From: Candidatus Latescibacterota bacterium
Lineage (GTDB): Bacteria > Latescibacterota > CBDEFO01
DNA: 64,000 bases
Assembly: GCA_965248755.1 (NCBI GenBank)
Contig: OZ252149.1
Location: forward strand, 992,001 to 1,056,000
Reading direction: 5' to 3'
The notes beneath the pieces are model-generated. The model ran no database searches and was not told the DNA's origin. It was given only the letters and a program-made list of their open reading frames with translations. Below are positions 34,101 through 43,243 of this stretch, one piece after another. The translations under genes were made by a program, and so were the position numbers. Each line of letters opens with the position of its first letter. Position 1 is the stretch's first letter.

Positions 34101-35054
34101 CCATCTGGAGATATTGTTCCCGTAGAAGAGCACATAATCGTCCGGATCCAGCCTTCCGTCTCCTTCGTCCTCCACGAGGATAGCTATCTGGTCCATATTC
34201 TGTCTTCTTGGGGTGAGCATTCCCTCGGGGAGTTGTTCCCCCCCTCCGTAAAACATCTTTATGGTCTTCGGATCGATCCTAGATATGTCCACTCCGGAGT
34301 TTTGGATATCCCGGCCGCTTATGACATGTATTCCATCATCTTCGATGTAAATCTTCAGCCACTCTCCCGAAGCAAAGGGACCATCAGAAATGACCTTGGG
34401 ACTGGAGTCATCTGTACCTTTCCTCCAGTACTTGCCCTGTTGATAGTTGAGAAGGATTTTGTATATTTCTTCTCCTATTTCCGATTCACGGTGAGAGACG
34501 GAGAGGGGACCTTCATAATCGCCGTAGAACCCAATATTAGCTTCTATTTGCTTGTAGGCGACGATATGATCTTTTGAGGGATCGTACACCGCTGGGTAAA
34601 AGGTGAGGGTAACGACACTTTGATCCCTCAAAGTGCCCGGTTCTGAAAGAACCACCGCTTGTGTTGGCGCGTCACGATAGTCCTTTGTGGACTCAGTCTG
34701 AAAAATTTTATGCGGTGGAACACTATCTACTCGTCTGAGTATAGCCCCGCCCTTAGGTGGAACCGCTATCAAGAAGGATTCTGAAGGGAAGACTATCGAA
34801 CCTCTGCCTGTCTCCGCCTGATCCACGTCCATAAAAAGAGCTACGTCCTCCCTTACGTTTCTTTCTAACCGGGCTCCTTCAAATTCATCTATCGTGTAAA
34901 CTAATCCTATTCCAGAACGATCCGAACTTGTCACTGCTATATGTCCGGCCTCACTGTACGCCGATAGGCCTAAAATTAAGGAGGTAAACAGAGCAAAGCG
35001 ATGCATATATAAGCCTTCTGCGGACACCTTGCGAATTTTTTCACCGATGTTCAA
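31179..35054 (-). CDS. porU: PorU-like C25 (gingipain-fold) T9SS sortase with a CTD; Ser at the catalytic Cys position
   Basis: IYDEFSWG..DPTAIRDF, LFGDGSFDYKN, YVGHG, IFGDP, D..GP.I, D.NGIN...IGH, KAWDTFNNSS and YPNP...NGVYLYK motifs. Alternative start at ATG 35006. Confidence 0.88.
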   Translation of the reverse strand: MNIGEKIRKVSAEGLYMHRFALFTSLILGLSAYSEAGHIAVTSSDRSGIGLVYTIDEFEGARLERNVREDVALFMDVDQAETGRGSIVFPSESFLIAVPPKGGAILRRVDSVPPHKIFQTESTKDYRDAPTQAVVLSEPGTLRDQSVVTLTFYPAVYDPSKDHIVAYKQIEANIGFYGDYEGPLSVSHRESEIGEEIYKILLNYQQGKYWRKGTDDSSPKVISDGPFASGEWLKIYIEDDGIHVISGRDIQNSGVDISRIDPKTIKMFYGGGEQLPEGMLTPRRQNMDQIAILVEDEGDGRLDPDDYVLFYGNNISRWRYFSRKKEFAYFLNEFTRQNVYWLTFGSGQGKRMIPQDGSLKEPDPVRPLSYRDRLHVEQELFSFEKDSGKRWYWEDYSGNRRVKRRLITSPAEGPTNVKVRFLGNQDNVKHEFSFSFNGSSLGNAQFYNRTPEIVELESPEPPRDGLNDLEIRQIGKTSVRLDWYELEYSRKFVIDEGELFFTSPVDSGSAQFEISGVLSPIFEILEVSDPFNVLRVVNFSYDSGKESVTFQGQGRRDPPMQYCIALDSQWKSPARISLKENSNLRSPDNGADYLLITHRDFIDEARRLAEWRETDDRFGPPLSVELIDVEHIYDEFSWGVFDPTAIRDFMKHTFGNWRIRPTFVNLFGDGSFDYKNNSGISPGNWIPPYEKSISSLDEWYVLVSGDRDRRPDMAIGRISVQTKEEAKIVSDKIIGYDRDPEIGDWQSKIIIVADDERQSRPGRIEPIFAQDAEDISLNFVPQELDQVKIFLMEFDKIGRFKPDANRAFIDAFNKGALLLSYVGHGNSDVLAHEHVFVASSDMSKINNGRKLPLMYLAASQTGWFDDPDFESMPETMVKWPEGGCIAVIGATRIGFHNSNMDLNRRFYDRLFLSERESVPIGLAFWEAKLLVNVSAIFNTRRYTIFGDPGTRLSLPRLSVDIAISKNIKALEEVTFEGSVLSPDGDPTDFQGQAIIKVFDSGIQVIRTILSPRDVSYLLPGATIFKGTLPVDNGHFEGAFKVPKDITYGGRFARISAFVWNDRISGTGEVESISITGTAETSVQDETGPTIEIGFQGQKGFQDGDFVSRTPILEATIQDENGINVTGEIGHEIQIKIDDEKVFKVTDNFVNQDGYQMGVLKYQLPQLSEGEHTIVVKAWDTFNNSSKKVVRVVVASEREFSVSNLLCYPNPMTSQTTFTYELSHPARRVKIKVFSPSGRLIDDLEGETGTGYNQTGWIPDVKLANGVYLYKIEVLGSGGDKDEKTDKIVVMR

Positions 35055-35224
35055 TCTTCGATCTTTTCCGCCTCATCTATGAGCATAATAGGTATGTCAT
35101 CCTCAATGGAATATCGCAGCTTGCACGACCAGCAGGTAAGCTTTTCGTTGTCTTGATCGTATTGCAACTCCCCCTTGCACTTAGGACATGCAAGGATATC
35201 CAGAAGTTCCTTTTTCAGAGACAT
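35051..35224 (-). CDS. Trm112/UPF0434 family protein (57 aa), below the ORF-track cutoff
   Basis: MSLKKELLDILACPKCKGELQYDQDNEKLTCWSCKLRYSIEDDIPIMLIDEAEKIED*. Confidence 0.92.
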   Translation of the reverse strand: MSLKKELLDILACPKCKGELQYDQDNEKLTCWSCKLRYSIEDDIPIMLIDEAEKIED

Positions 35225-35334
35225 TTCCCTTTCCTTCTAATAATTAGAATCTGAACCCAGTAGCTTGACAAAAGTTAGCGGATATGAGTACACAGCGGAA
35301 CTTCCCCCTATCCACCGCGTACAGGTTATTCGTC

Positions 35335-35880
35335 CTATGAAGTCAGGAGACTTCTCCTTGGACCTTTGATTAATCTTGAATGATAGGTTTTGACATCCTG
35401 ATGACGCCCTGCATGTCGCATGACGCCCTGCATGTCGCCGTCGCTGGCTGCTACATGCCCTTTATATTCGTGACTGTGATCCGTCCCGCCCTCATCACCA
35501 GCAACAGCATCCCTATGACAACCACGATCAACTTCGTGTTCTATGTCATCAGTCACTTCATCACTGTGAGAATCACTATCGCCGTCTTGCTCTATGTCAT
35601 GAGTTATCTGATCACTATGAGAACCACCATGACCCTCGGGATCCGCGCCAGCCACAAGGTCAATCAGGTTCCTGATGTCTCCTGAATCCTCCGTACTGAC
35701 CACGAGATCACCGCTGTCGTCCTCTCCTGCAGCTTTCTTAAGTCTATCTGTTGACTCCTGATCAGCCGATGTGGAGCCTGAGTAATCCGATCCAATTACA
35801 CTATCGGTTGGTCCCCGACCACATCCAAGAATGAGGAGCATAGCACCGATCCCCGACGAAAATGTTACAATCATGCGCAT
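35335..35880 (-). CDS. His/Asp-rich low-complexity lipoprotein
   Basis: Lipobox LILGC; repeats HSDQITHDIEQD / HSDEVTDDIEHE; AAAGGAGA upstream. Confidence 0.65.
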   Translation of the reverse strand: MRMIVTFSSGIGAMLLILGCGRGPTDSVIGSDYSGSTSADQESTDRLKKAAGEDDSGDLVVSTEDSGDIRNLIDLVAGADPEGHGGSHSDQITHDIEQDGDSDSHSDEVTDDIEHEVDRGCHRDAVAGDEGGTDHSHEYKGHVAASDGDMQGVMRHAGRHQDVKTYHSRLIKGPRRSLLTS

Positions 35881-36050
35881 CCCAACTCCATCTCCTTTTG
35901 AAGATGTTATGCAACATCTACTAAGTCTATATGACTACCTCTTCCGCCGGTGGGATTCAACTTTTTCCGCTTTGAAGTTATAAATTTGCAACAATGTCCA
36001 CATCATGTCAAGTTAATTCTATTTTGCCCAAAAGGTTCTTCGATACCCCT

Positions 36051-36395
36051 TCATCCGGGCGGCCAGTTCATGCTCCTGCCTCCCAAAAGGTGCATATGTA
36101 TATGAAATACCGACTGTCCCGCCCCGCGGTTGCAGTTAAAAACGAGCCTGTAGCCCGAATCCGATATCCCTCGGTCCTTGGCTATCTTGGCTGCTGCTAT
36201 GATCATTTTGGCTGTTGTATCGCTATCACCCACTGAAAGATCGTTCAAGGTAGAAATGTGCCTTCTGGGAATGACCAATATATGGACTGGGGCTTGTGGG
36301 TTTACATCCTCAAAAGCCACAAGATCGTCGTCGCTGTATACTATAGTGCTTTGGATTTCTCCATCAGCTATCTTGCAGAATATGCAGTCGGGCAT
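36051..36395 (-). CDS. hinT: Histidine triad nucleotide-binding protein
   Basis: DCIFCKI, GQSVFHIHMHLLGGR and WPPG motifs; ATG 36395. Confidence 0.95.
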   Translation of the reverse strand: MPDCIFCKIADGEIQSTIVYSDDDLVAFEDVNPQAPVHILVIPRRHISTLNDLSVGDSDTTAKMIIAAAKIAKDRGISDSGYRLVFNCNRGAGQSVFHIHMHLLGGRSMNWPPG

Positions 36396-36495
36396 AGAAG
36401 GCCTCCTCAAAAGAAGTAGTCGGTAGCCCCCGACCCCCGATAGAGTCAATCGGGGGTAGACAGGGCCACTCCACCCCCTGCTTACTGTCTATTAA

Positions 36496-37224
36496 TCACA
36501 CTATCTGTCGCAGTTGGTATAATACGAGAGCTGTCGAGACTATTCCGGCGGTCTCGGATTTAAGCTTTGTGGGTCCAAGAGAAAAGGTGGATGCTCCGAA
36601 TTTGCGAGCTATTTGGACCTCCTCCTTTGTGAACCCTCCCTCAGGACCGATAACGACTCCTACAGATTCTACTCCCTTACATTCAGAAAGCGCATCTTTG
36701 AGGGTCCCATCCGTTTCGCCCTCCCAGGCCATCAGAAGGACGTCCGTATCGTTATTAAGCAGACAGAGGGAATCGTCAAGGGATAGTGGATTACAGATTT
36801 GGGGGAGACGGGATCTTCCCGACTGTTTCATAGCCGACTTTGCTATCTTCCTCCACCGCCCTGTTTTCCCCTTCAAAGCGCGCACGGTTCTACAGGAAAT
36901 GACCGGCACTATCCTGTAGATTCCGACCTCCACAGCCTTTTCGACCACCAGATCGAATCTGTTTCCTCTTATCAGAGATTGTGCCAAAGTTACCTTATAT
37001 TCAGGCTCTCCGACGTTCTGATCGCAAAAGAGGATGTGGCCTTCGAGTCTGTCACTCTCGACAGAATCTATTTCGATCCGGTAGTAATTTCCGATGCCAT
37101 CTACCGCGTCTATGATATCTCCTATGTTAGTCCGCTTTACGTGAATTGCGTGATGAAATTCTTCACCCCTGAGGATGGCGCGGTCTTTACGCACGTCATC
37201 CGGAGCGATGTAGAAGCCGGACAT
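36496..37224 (-). CDS. rsmE: 16S rRNA m3U1498 methyltransferase
   Basis: KAVEVG, AMKQSGR, IGPEGGF and LGP..L.SETA motifs; ATG 37224 overlaps the prmA stop (TAATG). Confidence 0.93.
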   Translation of the reverse strand: MSGFYIAPDDVRKDRAILRGEEFHHAIHVKRTNIGDIIDAVDGIGNYYRIEIDSVESDRLEGHILFCDQNVGEPEYKVTLAQSLIRGNRFDLVVEKAVEVGIYRIVPVISCRTVRALKGKTGRWRKIAKSAMKQSGRSRLPQICNPLSLDDSLCLLNNDTDVLLMAWEGETDGTLKDALSECKGVESVGVVIGPEGGFTKEEVQIARKFGASTFSLGPTKLKSETAGIVSTALVLYQLRQIV

Positions 37225-38192
37225 TACTTTCCTTTCGAGATGGCCGATATTCCCACCCACTGGCCCATCTTCTCCGACGAGGGATTCTCAAATCCCCGCT
37301 CTTTGAGTTTTGAGCTGAATAGATCCTCCTCAGATGCCAGAATACCAGAAAAAATAACCCTTCCCCTGGGCTTGAGAAGCTCTTTGAATCTGTCTAAACA
37401 GGGAAGGAGAGCCTGTGTCTCTATGTTAGCCACAATAAGGTCAAAATCTCTGGCGGCTATATCTGTTACTGTACCGGTCTGGAGGAGGACTTTAGAGGAG
37501 ACGTTGTTCAAAGTTAAATTCTCCCCTGCATCCCTTATCGCCTGTAGATCTATGTCAACAGCCACTATCCTTTCTGCCCCTAATTTGGCGGCCGCGATGC
37601 TCTGTATTCCCGTTCCTGTCCCCACATCGAGCACAAAATCTCCTTTTCGCATCGTTTTTTCCAAAAGCAGAAGCGCAACCTGTGTGGTCTCGTGCTTACC
37701 CGTCCCGAACGCCATCTTTGGATCGATAACGATAAAAAGTGGAGCGTTCACTTCGGTCTTGGAAGGACTTTTCCCCCAAGGAGGGATAATAATAATCTTT
37801 TCGGAGATCCTAACCGGAGGGAAGTGCAGCCGCCTTTTAGCCTCCCAATTCAAGGCTTTCAAATCACAAAGCAAAGGAGGCAAGATCGAAGTCAGAGAGC
37901 CGATATCTAAGAGACAACGCAGGTAGATATCCAGTCGGAATAGAATCTCCTCGGGGTCTGTTGTCCTGTGAAAATAGGCGGTCAATTTGACGAAAGGGTC
38001 AGACGATGCCTCGTCCAACTGGATTCCCAAACTTCCCATCTCCATCAGGAAGTTAGCCACCGAGTCCGCAGATTGGTATGATACCTGTATCTTTAACTCG
38101 AACCAATCCCTATCCTGAGAGGCCTGTCCTTTTACATCCGTCACATTGTCAGCCCCTATAGTCACTGTACGTTCAACTAAGTATCGGGTCAA
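37224..38192 (-). CDS. prmA: Ribosomal protein L11 methyltransferase
   Basis: IDPKMAFGTGKHETT, VLDVGTGTG and DLIVANI motifs. Confidence 0.93.
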   Translation of the reverse strand: MTRYLVERTVTIGADNVTDVKGQASQDRDWFELKIQVSYQSADSVANFLMEMGSLGIQLDEASSDPFVKLTAYFHRTTDPEEILFRLDIYLRCLLDIGSLTSILPPLLCDLKALNWEAKRRLHFPPVRISEKIIIIPPWGKSPSKTEVNAPLFIVIDPKMAFGTGKHETTQVALLLLEKTMRKGDFVLDVGTGTGIQSIAAAKLGAERIVAVDIDLQAIRDAGENLTLNNVSSKVLLQTGTVTDIAARDFDLIVANIETQALLPCLDRFKELLKPRGRVIFSGILASEEDLFSSKLKERGFENPSSEKMGQWVGISAISKGK

Positions 38193-38329
38193 AATAGTCT
38201 GGATTGGTGATTATAGAGATCCAAAATAGTGGACAGCAAATAGTAGACGAGGCAGTTTAAGTGAGATTGCTTTGCTTCGCTCACAATGACGGTTTGGAGG
38301 AGAGGCGGCACCCCCTGTTTACTGTCTTA

Positions 38330-39481
38330 CTATTGAAAAGCATCTTTGAATTTTTGGAAGAATCCCTTTTCAGATACGGGAGGAGAGATATTTTCGTGTT
38401 TGGCTAGTTCTCTGAAGAGCTCTCTTTCTTCTTGACTAAGTTTAGTTGGCGTCCAAACCGTAACTTTGACCAATTGATCGCCCCTTCCCGATCCGTTCAA
38501 CTTAGGTATAGCCTTTCCTCTGAGTCGAAGTATCTGGCCGGACTGAGTTCCTGGTTTTATTGTCATTTTGACCCGTCCCGAAAGAGTTGGAACCTCCACT
38601 TCATCTCCCAAAGCAGCTTGGGTGACGTCTATTAGATGTTCGTAGAGCACATCGTCTCCGTGCCTTTCGAAATACTCATGTTCCTCTTCTTCTAGGAAGA
38701 CCAGAAGGTCACCTCGGGGTCCACCTTTGGGTCCGGCGTCTCCCTGCTCGCGCATAGAAATATAGTTTCCCGCAGCCACACCGGCCGGAACATCTACAGA
38801 GATAGTAGTTGAGCTTTGCACTCTTCCCTCACCCGAGCATTTGTGGCACTGCTTATCTATCGCCTGTCCTTCCCCACCACAGGTCGGACAGGTCGTCACG
38901 TTGATGAACTGACCGAACAGCGACCTGGATGCCTGTCTTACCTCTCCGCTCCCGCTACAGGTCGGACAGGTCTTTGGAGACGTTCCTGGCTCAGCTCCGC
39001 TCCCCTGACAGACATCGCAGCGCTCCAACCGTGAAACCCTCACCTTCTTCTGGACGCCTGTAGATATCTCCTCCAAAGTCAGCCTTAAAGTGATCCTTCT
39101 ATCCCTTCCCTTTCGAGGACTGCCTCTCCTTGAGCGTCTCCTGGAACCGAAGAAGTCCTCAAAAAGGCTGCCGCCGAAAAGGTTCCCTAATACATCCTCA
39201 AGATCCGCAGCGTGCGTAAAATCCGACCACTGGAAATTCCCCGTTCCAAACGAACCACCCAGACCCTCGTGCCCAAATCGGTCGTAGGCAGATCTCTTTT
39301 CAGAATCGGTCAGAACCTCGTAGGCCTCGGATGCCTCTTTGAACTTTTCCTCTGCCTCATTATCTCCAGGGTTTCTGTCCGGATGAAATTTGAGAGCCTG
39401 TTTTCTGTAAGCTTTCTTTATCTCCTCAAGAGAGGAGCCTTTGTCTATTTCCAATATCTCGTAATAATCGCGTTTTGCCAT
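38330..39481 (-). CDS. dnaJ: Chaperone DnaJ
   Basis: J domain with HPD and four CxxCxGxG motifs. Confidence 0.98.
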   Translation of the reverse strand: MAKRDYYEILEIDKGSSLEEIKKAYRKQALKFHPDRNPGDNEAEEKFKEASEAYEVLTDSEKRSAYDRFGHEGLGGSFGTGNFQWSDFTHAADLEDVLGNLFGGSLFEDFFGSRRRSRRGSPRKGRDRRITLRLTLEEISTGVQKKVRVSRLERCDVCQGSGAEPGTSPKTCPTCSGSGEVRQASRSLFGQFINVTTCPTCGGEGQAIDKQCHKCSGEGRVQSSTTISVDVPAGVAAGNYISMREQGDAGPKGGPRGDLLVFLEEEEHEYFERHGDDVLYEHLIDVTQAALGDEVEVPTLSGRVKMTIKPGTQSGQILRLRGKAIPKLNGSGRGDQLVKVTVWTPTKLSQEERELFRELAKHENISPPVSEKGFFQKFKDAFQ

Positions 39482-39512
39482 TTAACTATGTCCGTTTAAT
39501 AGGTTCTTCCTG

Positions 39513-40106
39513 CTATTTGTTTACCACGACCTTTGCATGGCGGATTACCTTATCCTTGAGCATATATCCCTTTTCAACTTCTTCGATCACGGTGCTCGAA
39601 TCCTGCCCTTCTTCCTCCAACTGCATTACGGCTTCATGGAAATCGGGATCGAAGGGTTTACCCAAAGACTCTATCGTCCGGAGTCCCTCTTTGCTTAAGA
39701 CACCCTTGAACTGTTCCAATATCATCTCGATTCCCTTCTTGAGAGCCTGCGGATCCGTATCATCTTCGACGTGATTTAGCGATCTTTCAATGTTGTCCAA
39801 AACAGAGATCAACTGCACTATCAAATCCTCGTTTGCCGTCTTGATAAGCGTTGCGAACTCCTTTTGGGTGCGCTTTTTGTAATTCTCAAACTCCGCTTTC
39901 AATCTAATCCATCTGTCGTAATGCCCATTTGCCTGTGCCTTAATCTTATCTAATTCTTCTTTGAGTTTATCTTTTTCACTTTCCTGCTCTCCTTCTGTGT
40001 TTTCTACCGTGTCCCCAGAATCGTCAGCAAGGTCTGATTTTACCTTTCGTGTTTGCGTCTCCTCATCCTGTTCCTGCTCATCTTGAAGATCGGTCTCTTT
40101 TGCCAT
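39513..40106 (-). CDS. grpE: Nucleotide exchange factor GrpE
   Basis: AEFENYKKR, FDPDFHEA and KGYMLKDKVIRHAKV motifs. Confidence 0.97.
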   Translation of the reverse strand: MAKETDLQDEQEQDEETQTRKVKSDLADDSGDTVENTEGEQESEKDKLKEELDKIKAQANGHYDRWIRLKAEFENYKKRTQKEFATLIKTANEDLIVQLISVLDNIERSLNHVEDDTDPQALKKGIEMILEQFKGVLSKEGLRTIESLGKPFDPDFHEAVMQLEEEGQDSSTVIEEVEKGYMLKDKVIRHAKVVVNK

Positions 40107-40138
40107 TCTGCATCCAACCTCCGCGATATCTTAACTTA

Positions 40139-41167
40139 TTATAGAAGACTGCTCGTCAGTTCGCACGCGTATTTAACCAACGCTGTCAATCTGTTATACT
40201 TCATCCTGGTCGGGCCTATCAAGCCTATAATGCCGGCGTTCCCGCCGACAACATAGGAAGAGGTAACCATACTGCACATCTCCATCCCCTCAGCCCTATT
40301 TTCATGACCGATAGTTATGGAGATTCCTTCTTCATCTGTATTCTTGTGGAGCATATAGACAACGGACTCCCTGTCCTCCAGAAGATTCATAAGGTCTGAA
40401 ATTTTTTCTCTATCGCTAAACTCAGGCTGCATAAAAACATTGGTGGTTCCGTCTAGGTAGAGCCTACCTAGACCAACGAAATCAAAAAGGACGTTAACCT
40501 CTTCAACTACTATTTGGATCAGTTTAGGATTTCCTCTGGATACCGATTTGAACCTGTCCTTTATAGATCTTCTGATCTGGCCTATTGAAAGTCCAGATAG
40601 CCTGTCGTTTAATATGCCAGCGGTCTCCAAAAGCTCATCGGACGATATTCTGGAATCTAACTCCACTGTGACCGTCTTGATAGGGCCAGAAACAACCTTA
40701 AGTACTAAAAGGAGCTTATAAGTTGTGAACGATACTAACTCAACTTTCTCAAGTAAGCCATTTTCAAAGCGGGGAGCCAGAGCGATACCGAGCTGTTTCG
40801 ATACATCTGCAATAGCTTTGGAGACCTGCTCCAGGATGTTTTCGATATCACCTTCCCTGATGTGTGAACGCACCGCTTGACTGATCAAAGACTTCTCAGT
40901 GCTTGTTAATATCCCATCCCCCATAAGAAGATCCACATAACACCGATAGCCTTTATCAGTAGGGATCCGGCCCGCAGACGTATGAGGCTGGCGGACGTAG
41001 CCTTTTTCCTCCAGGTCAGCCATAGAATTCCTGATTGTAGCTGGACTCACCCCAAGAGAACCGGTTTGAGATATTGCCCTCGATCCGATGGGTTCAGCCC
41101 TGTCTATATATGCGTCGACCAGAAAGTGAAGGATAGTTTTCTCCCGCCCTGATAATACATCATCCAT
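40139..41167 (-). CDS. hrcA: Heat-inducible transcription repressor HrcA
   Basis: PIGS, SPATIRNSMADLE, HTSAGRIPTDKGYR and IGPTRM.Y motifs; ATG 41167 lies downstream of the CIRCE. Confidence 0.96.
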   Translation of the reverse strand: MDDVLSGREKTILHFLVDAYIDRAEPIGSRAISQTGSLGVSPATIRNSMADLEEKGYVRQPHTSAGRIPTDKGYRCYVDLLMGDGILTSTEKSLISQAVRSHIREGDIENILEQVSKAIADVSKQLGIALAPRFENGLLEKVELVSFTTYKLLLVLKVVSGPIKTVTVELDSRISSDELLETAGILNDRLSGLSIGQIRRSIKDRFKSVSRGNPKLIQIVVEEVNVLFDFVGLGRLYLDGTTNVFMQPEFSDREKISDLMNLLEDRESVVYMLHKNTDEEGISITIGHENRAEGMEMCSMVTSSYVVGGNAGIIGLIGPTRMKYNRLTALVKYACELTSSLL

Positions 41168-41208
41168 GGTATACCTCTTTTGGTCTTTTTGTGTTTGCGC
41201 TCGGCTCC

Positions 41209-41235
41209 TTAGCACTTTCACATCTTGAGTGCTAA
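41209..41235. promoter_or_regulatory. CIRCE element (HrcA operator)
   Basis: TTAGCACTT-TCACATCTT-GAGTGCTAA, one mismatch to TTAGCACTC-N9-GAGTGCTAA. Confidence 0.95.
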
Positions 41236-41250
41236 GATACTCTACACCAT

Positions 41251-41279
41251 ATATTATTAGATAACCTGGCTTTTGTCAA
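41251..41279 (-). promoter_or_regulatory. Sigma70-type promoter of the hrcA operon
   Basis: TTGACA-17 bp-TAATAT just upstream of the CIRCE. Confidence 0.7.
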
Positions 41280-41333
41280 GTCAAAATACGTTCTTAATAG
41301 GATGCTACTTGGTAACATCGTGGAGATTAATCC

Positions 41334-41362
41334 TTGACAAATGCCTATAGAATAGATATATT
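41334..41362 (+). promoter_or_regulatory. Sigma70-type promoter of cvpA
   Basis: TTGACA-17 bp-TATATT. Confidence 0.65.
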
Positions 41363-41427
41363 GCCAAAGAAGTATCATGTTCGCATATAACCACCAGATT
41401 CATATATAGACGGACAGGGCATATCCT

Positions 41428-42087
41428 ATGGGTAAAATAGACGCCATAATCGTCGCAGCAATCGTCATCAGCGTCATCTACAGCCTCTTCAGGGGCTTTC
41501 TCAAAGACTTGATGTCTGCCGTATCCGTTATCGCTGCAATCATCATAGCGGCTTATATCCAGAAGATCCCTCAAGGCTGGGCAGAAGAGCTATTCGGAGA
41601 GCCGGGACTCGGGATTCGTCTTTTAAGTTTAGGAGTCCCTTTCATCATTATATTCATCGTCCTAAAGACGGTCACAACTCTACTCAGAGGAATCCTTGGG
41701 GTGCTCTCAAAGCCGATCGACAAGGTTCTAGGAGGGGTAGTCGGACTCGCTAAAGTGATCATGTTAGTAGCTGTGACACTATTTTTAATTAACGCATACG
41801 CGGATGATCCCGATCAGATCATAGGAGATTCGGTAATCGCCCCTTGGATAATAGACAGATCGGGATTCCTGGCTGACCTCTTCCCTGACGACTTGACGGA
41901 TGAGCTTGAGAAGTTAGACGAAGCCATGAAGGAGCTGAAGGACTACAAAGAGGAAATAAGCGATACAAGTCATATAACGGAAACACGCAAGAAAATAGGA
42001 AAGGCCCAATTGAGAAAGGCTGAGATAGAAAGTAAAATGAAGGAGATAGAGGAAAAGAGAAAGGAGGTGCTGTCAGGAACTAAGTAA
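41428..42087 (+). CDS. cvpA: CvpA family membrane protein with a coiled-coil tail
   Basis: ID.II....RGFLK.L and DKVLGGVVG motifs. Confidence 0.85.
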   Translation: MGKIDAIIVAAIVISVIYSLFRGFLKDLMSAVSVIAAIIIAAYIQKIPQGWAEELFGEPGLGIRLLSLGVPFIIIFIVLKTVTTLLRGILGVLSKPIDKVLGGVVGLAKVIMLVAVTLFLINAYADDPDQIIGDSVIAPWIIDRSGFLADLFPDDLTDELEKLDEAMKELKDYKEEISDTSHITETRKKIGKAQLRKAEIESKMKEIEEKRKEVLSGTK

Positions 42088-42260
42088 CCGATCATTCTTG
42101 AAGATCCAAAAGGAGGAAGGCTTTTCGTCGCTTATGGAGTAAGGGTCGCGTACCTAATCTGCTCCGCTGAAACTAAGAATCAGCTTGTGCGTCAGCTAAT
42201 AGAGATTTTCTATGGCGGCAGGGATCCTAAACGACAATTTCCCAAGACCGATACAACGTA

Positions 42261-43139
42261 ATGGGATTACATATAGCTCTGATCCTTTTAATATATCTTC
42301 TCCTCCCTGATACTTTGTTTGCCGGGGCGTGGATCCTTCCGAAGAAGAGTCTCTGGACTAAAGTCTCTTTCTTCCACGAATCGGACAAAGAGAGATTCTG
42401 TCCCGAAAGAGAGACCTGTAAAGACGGAGAGAAAGTCCCTTTAAGTCTTTTCACCGATGACGCTGAGAACGTCTCCACAGTTCTATCAGTTGATGTATCC
42501 TATGCATTGACCGACAGGTTAGAAATAGGGACTCAGATACCTTACTTCAGGTTGGATTTTGAGGAAAACCTCGGTAACATAGCAGTTACAGATATATCTA
42601 GCGCTGGATTCGGAGACATAAGATTCTTTGGAAGATATAACGTTCTGTCTGAGCCAGCCGTCGTGACGGTCAAAATAGGGGTCAAAGCCCCGGTAGGAAA
42701 GTTCGACAACGACATCTTTGCACTGCCTGTGGGCGAAGGTCAATGGGATGTGGAGTATTTCCTCCAGATCGGAAGATCGCTCTATCCGATCCCTGGATAT
42801 GTCAATCTGGACATCGGCTACAGGTCCAGGCAGGAAAACGACACTAACAAGTTCAGACCGGGAGATGAGTTTGTATTCCTTGCAGAGATAGGATACACCG
42901 CACTTCATGGGATAGGGTTAAAAGCCACAACTTCAGGCCTATTTGGAAGGGATCCTGAAAACTCAGGCATAAGCGCCAGCGGAGCTCGCCGTCAGATAAT
43001 ATATATGGGGCAGGGGATAATCTTGGGTCCTGTAATGGGAGTGAATATAGAAACTTCTTTGAAATTGCCTGTAAAAGGCTTAAATTTTCCAGCGGGCGCT
43101 CAGTTCTTAGGGGAAATTTCCTATAACATCAGTCTGTAG
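42261..43139 (+). CDS. Exported, probable outer-membrane beta-barrel protein (MetA-pathway/transporter-like)
   Basis: Signal peptide ending AGAW; GFGDIRFFGRY and KAPVG...LPVGEGQWD motifs; aromatic C-terminus. Confidence 0.6.
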   Translation: MGLHIALILLIYLLLPDTLFAGAWILPKKSLWTKVSFFHESDKERFCPERETCKDGEKVPLSLFTDDAENVSTVLSVDVSYALTDRLEIGTQIPYFRLDFEENLGNIAVTDISSAGFGDIRFFGRYNVLSEPAVVTVKIGVKAPVGKFDNDIFALPVGEGQWDVEYFLQIGRSLYPIPGYVNLDIGYRSRQENDTNKFRPGDEFVFLAEIGYTALHGIGLKATTSGLFGRDPENSGISASGARRQIIYMGQGIILGPVMGVNIETSLKLPVKGLNFPAGAQFLGEISYNISL

Positions 43140-43243
43140 AATCTTCAGCTACAGATCTTAAGCTCTACCGAAAGGGACCCTGCTTTAAAAAGACCGCTGG
43201 GTCTGGGGTCTCTGCTTTTAATTGCTCCTCACAACCGGAAAGA

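Noticed and set aside
36799..37926. 375-aa plus-strand ORF
   Set aside because: Antisense shadow of prmA/rsmE with no recognisable motifs.
41168..41221. Longer HrcA N-terminus
   Set aside because: It overlaps the CIRCE operator; ATG 41167 has an AGAGG SD and matches the family start.
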